This document shows positions 56,543 through 58,247 of a stretch of DNA of 58,247 bases, piece by piece (the stretch's first letter is position 1; the number at the start of each line of letters is the position of its first letter). The DNA lies in the NCBI GenBank assembly GCA_036339465.1, contig JAYZAY010000102.1, forward strand, positions 1-58,247. Direction: 5' to 3'. This DNA is from Myxococcota bacterium. GTDB taxonomy: Bacteria > Myxococcota > XYA12-FULL-58-9 > JABJBS01. A program made the translations under genes and the position numbers. The notes beneath the pieces are model-generated. The model was not told the origin of the DNA, did no database searches, and was given only the letters and a program-made list of their open reading frames with translations.

Positions 56543-58247
56543 TCACTCAGCATCATCGGCATCTGCTTCCACTTCATCCTGCTCCTCCGCGTCGTCGTCA
56601 AAGTCATCACCGGGGCCTTCAATTGCCTCATCACCTGCTCCTGCCTCTTCCTCGTCATCGAAATCGGTTCGGTCGCCATCGGCCAATTCAACTTCTTGCC
56701 CAACCACAAGGTCACTCACACTTCCGTCAGAGACAGATTCAATCACCTCAATCGCACCCTCTCTCTCCTCGGCCAGAGCTATGACCGACCAAGGTTGTCC
56801 CTTAGAAAGGATATCGCAAGAAAGCAGACTCACCTTGCCAGACTCAACCGTATAAACTTGGTAACCAATATCGTCATCGCCAATCAGGGACACGGTAGGA
56901 ACGCGGCGAGTACTTTTAACCATTTCAGATGACCAAGTTAAATTCTCGGGAGACACTTTCGAAAGTTCATCAAAATTGTCTCGCATCAAAACAGCGAAAG
57001 TTGTCCGTTTTTTAGCTCTTTTTCCTTCAGAGAAAACCACCCCTGGTGCAGTCAAATCCGCTCCAGTCACAAACCCACTCTTAGACAATGGTTGTCCCTT
57101 CAAAAAGGGAAAAACGAGGCGGAAGGTTTTCTCTGGCTGTATTTTCATAACAACCTTCCCTGGTTTGACCTTCTTACCTTTCTTGATCGATATCCCAGAG
57201 ACCACTCCACCAATCGGTGCGAAAATCCTGTATCCCTTTATTTTCTCCGCCAACGAAGAACACTTTTTCTCTAGCTTTCGAAAAGCCTTCTCGGATTTTT
57301 TACTTTTCTTACGCAATTTCTTTTCTTGCTTTGTGAGGCTCTTCAATTTCTTTTCTGATTTCTGAAGACCCTTTTTTGCCTTCCTAATTTCAGACTTCGA
57401 CGCACCATCACTTTTTAGAGCATCCAACTCTTCCTTTAAATAGGGTACGTTTTCCTGTTTCAACGTATCTATTTCATCCCTGAGGGCACTCAATTTCTCG
57501 GTTTGTATACTAAAATTTCTCTCGAGCTTAGGACGCTTACTATCACATTGCTTGATTTTCCTCGCCAAGCTACCCGGTGCTTTTAGTACCGCCAATTGAG
57601 TACCGCTCTCGACAGACTGACCTTCAGCGACATCGAGAGACTTAACTTTACCTTTCCCCGCAAAACGAAGGCTAATTGCATCAACGGCTTCTATCGCTTG
57701 GGCAGACAAGTCGGTGGGCTTGGCCCAAATCAAACCACTTACCGAAACGGTTCTCACTTCGGGACCACCACTGAACTCAACAAGCCATACCCCATACCCC
57801 ACACCGCCCAATAAGAGGAGCACCGCCAAGCCGAGCCCCACCATTTTTCCAATCCCAGCCGCAGCCCGCCCTCCAGACCTATCTATTTCATCGACATCGT
57901 CATCGTCATCGTCATCGTCATCGCCATCGCCATCGTCATCGTCACCCTCTCCATCTTTTGAATCGCCCAAGTCATCATCCCCAAAATCAAAGTCTTCAAA
58001 ATCATCAAAGAAGTCTTCATCATCAGCCTCAGGTGATTCGATAGATTCGGGCTCGGACTCGGACTCAGATTCAGAATCCAACTCTGGTGCGGGCTCCGGT
58101 TCTGGGGCGGGCTCCGGTTCTGGTGCGGGCTCCGGTTCTGGGGCGGGATCCGTTTCTGGTGCGGCCTCAGGTTCTGCGGCGCCATCAGGTTCAGCAGCGC
58201 ACACAGCTTCTGATCCGGAAACAGGAGCTTCTGCCGACTCAGTTTCA
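56543..58247 (-). CDS. Membrane-fusion/periplasmic-adaptor-like protein with acidic, Pro-rich N-terminus (5' end outside the window)
   Basis: Frame stays open to the window edge; acidic/PEPEPA region, one TM helix, lipoyl half-motifs (GKVKSLDVAEGQSVESG; APIGGVV...KGKKVKPG) flanking a coiled coil; acidic tail. Confidence 0.72.
   Translation of the reverse strand, partial: ETESAEAPVSGSEAVCAAEPDGAAEPEAAPETDPAPEPEPAPEPEPAPEPEPAPELDSESESESEPESIESPEADDEDFFDDFEDFDFGDDDLGDSKDGEGDDDDGDGDDDDDDDDDVDEIDRSGGRAAAGIGKMVGLGLAVLLLLGGVGYGVWLVEFSGGPEVRTVSVSGLIWAKPTDLSAQAIEAVDAISLRFAGKGKVKSLDVAEGQSVESGTQLAVLKAPGSLARKIKQCDSKRPKLERNFSIQTEKLSALRDEIDTLKQENVPYLKEELDALKSDGASKSEIRKAKKGLQKSEKKLKSLTKQEKKLRKKSKKSEKAFRKLEKKCSSLAEKIKGYRIFAPIGGVVSGISIKKGKKVKPGKVVMKIQPEKTFRLVFPFLKGQPLSKSGFVTGADLTAPGVVFSEGKRAKKRTTFAVLMRDNFDELSKVSPENLTWSSEMVKSTRRVPTVSLIGDDDIGYQVYTVESGKVSLLSCDILSKGQPWSVIALAEEREGAIEVIESVSDGSVSDLVVGQEVELADGDRTDFDDEEEAGAGDEAIEGPGDDFDDDAEEQDEVEADADDAE
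58083..58164. repeat. 18-bp coding tandem repeat (about 4.5 copies, PEPEPA)
   Basis: Units tctgg(t/g)gcgggctccggt. Confidence 0.9.

Overview
Chromosomal, gene-dense bacterial window with about 45 protein-coding genes. I saw no rRNA, tRNA, CRISPR array, integrase or transposase. The gene content points to a Myxococcota-type deltaproteobacterium with only moderate GC (inference): a Tgl-like pilotin, a TsaP-like LysM protein, a tandem PilZ protein, a MYXO-CTERM-like protease, vWA and Cys-rich lipoproteins, and a TonB-fused receptor. Housekeeping genes include rsmA (partial), tsaD, a DinG/YoaA helicase, recO, sppA, a ClpA/C-type ATPase, lysC, psd, pgeF, cpoB, comEA and a SurA/PrsA-like PPIase. 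Main points: (1) an arginine operon argR*-DUF1611/DgcN-like-argC-argB, in which a DUF1611-like protein occupies the N-acetylglutamate synthase slot and argR, only partly shown in the ORF track, is frameshifted; (2) a complete oleABCD olefin biosynthesis cluster; (3) a Pseudomonas-like HsbA/HsbR partner-switch pair; (4) a matrixin protease translationally coupled to a secreted protein with a TIMP/OB-fold-like pattern; (5) a 9-copy 14-bp VNTR followed by a C12 tract inside the 5' end of a surface-protein gene (possible phase variation); (6) a vWA/MIDAS lipoprotein coupled to a Cys-rich lipoprotein. All calls come from motif recognition by eye; no searches were run.
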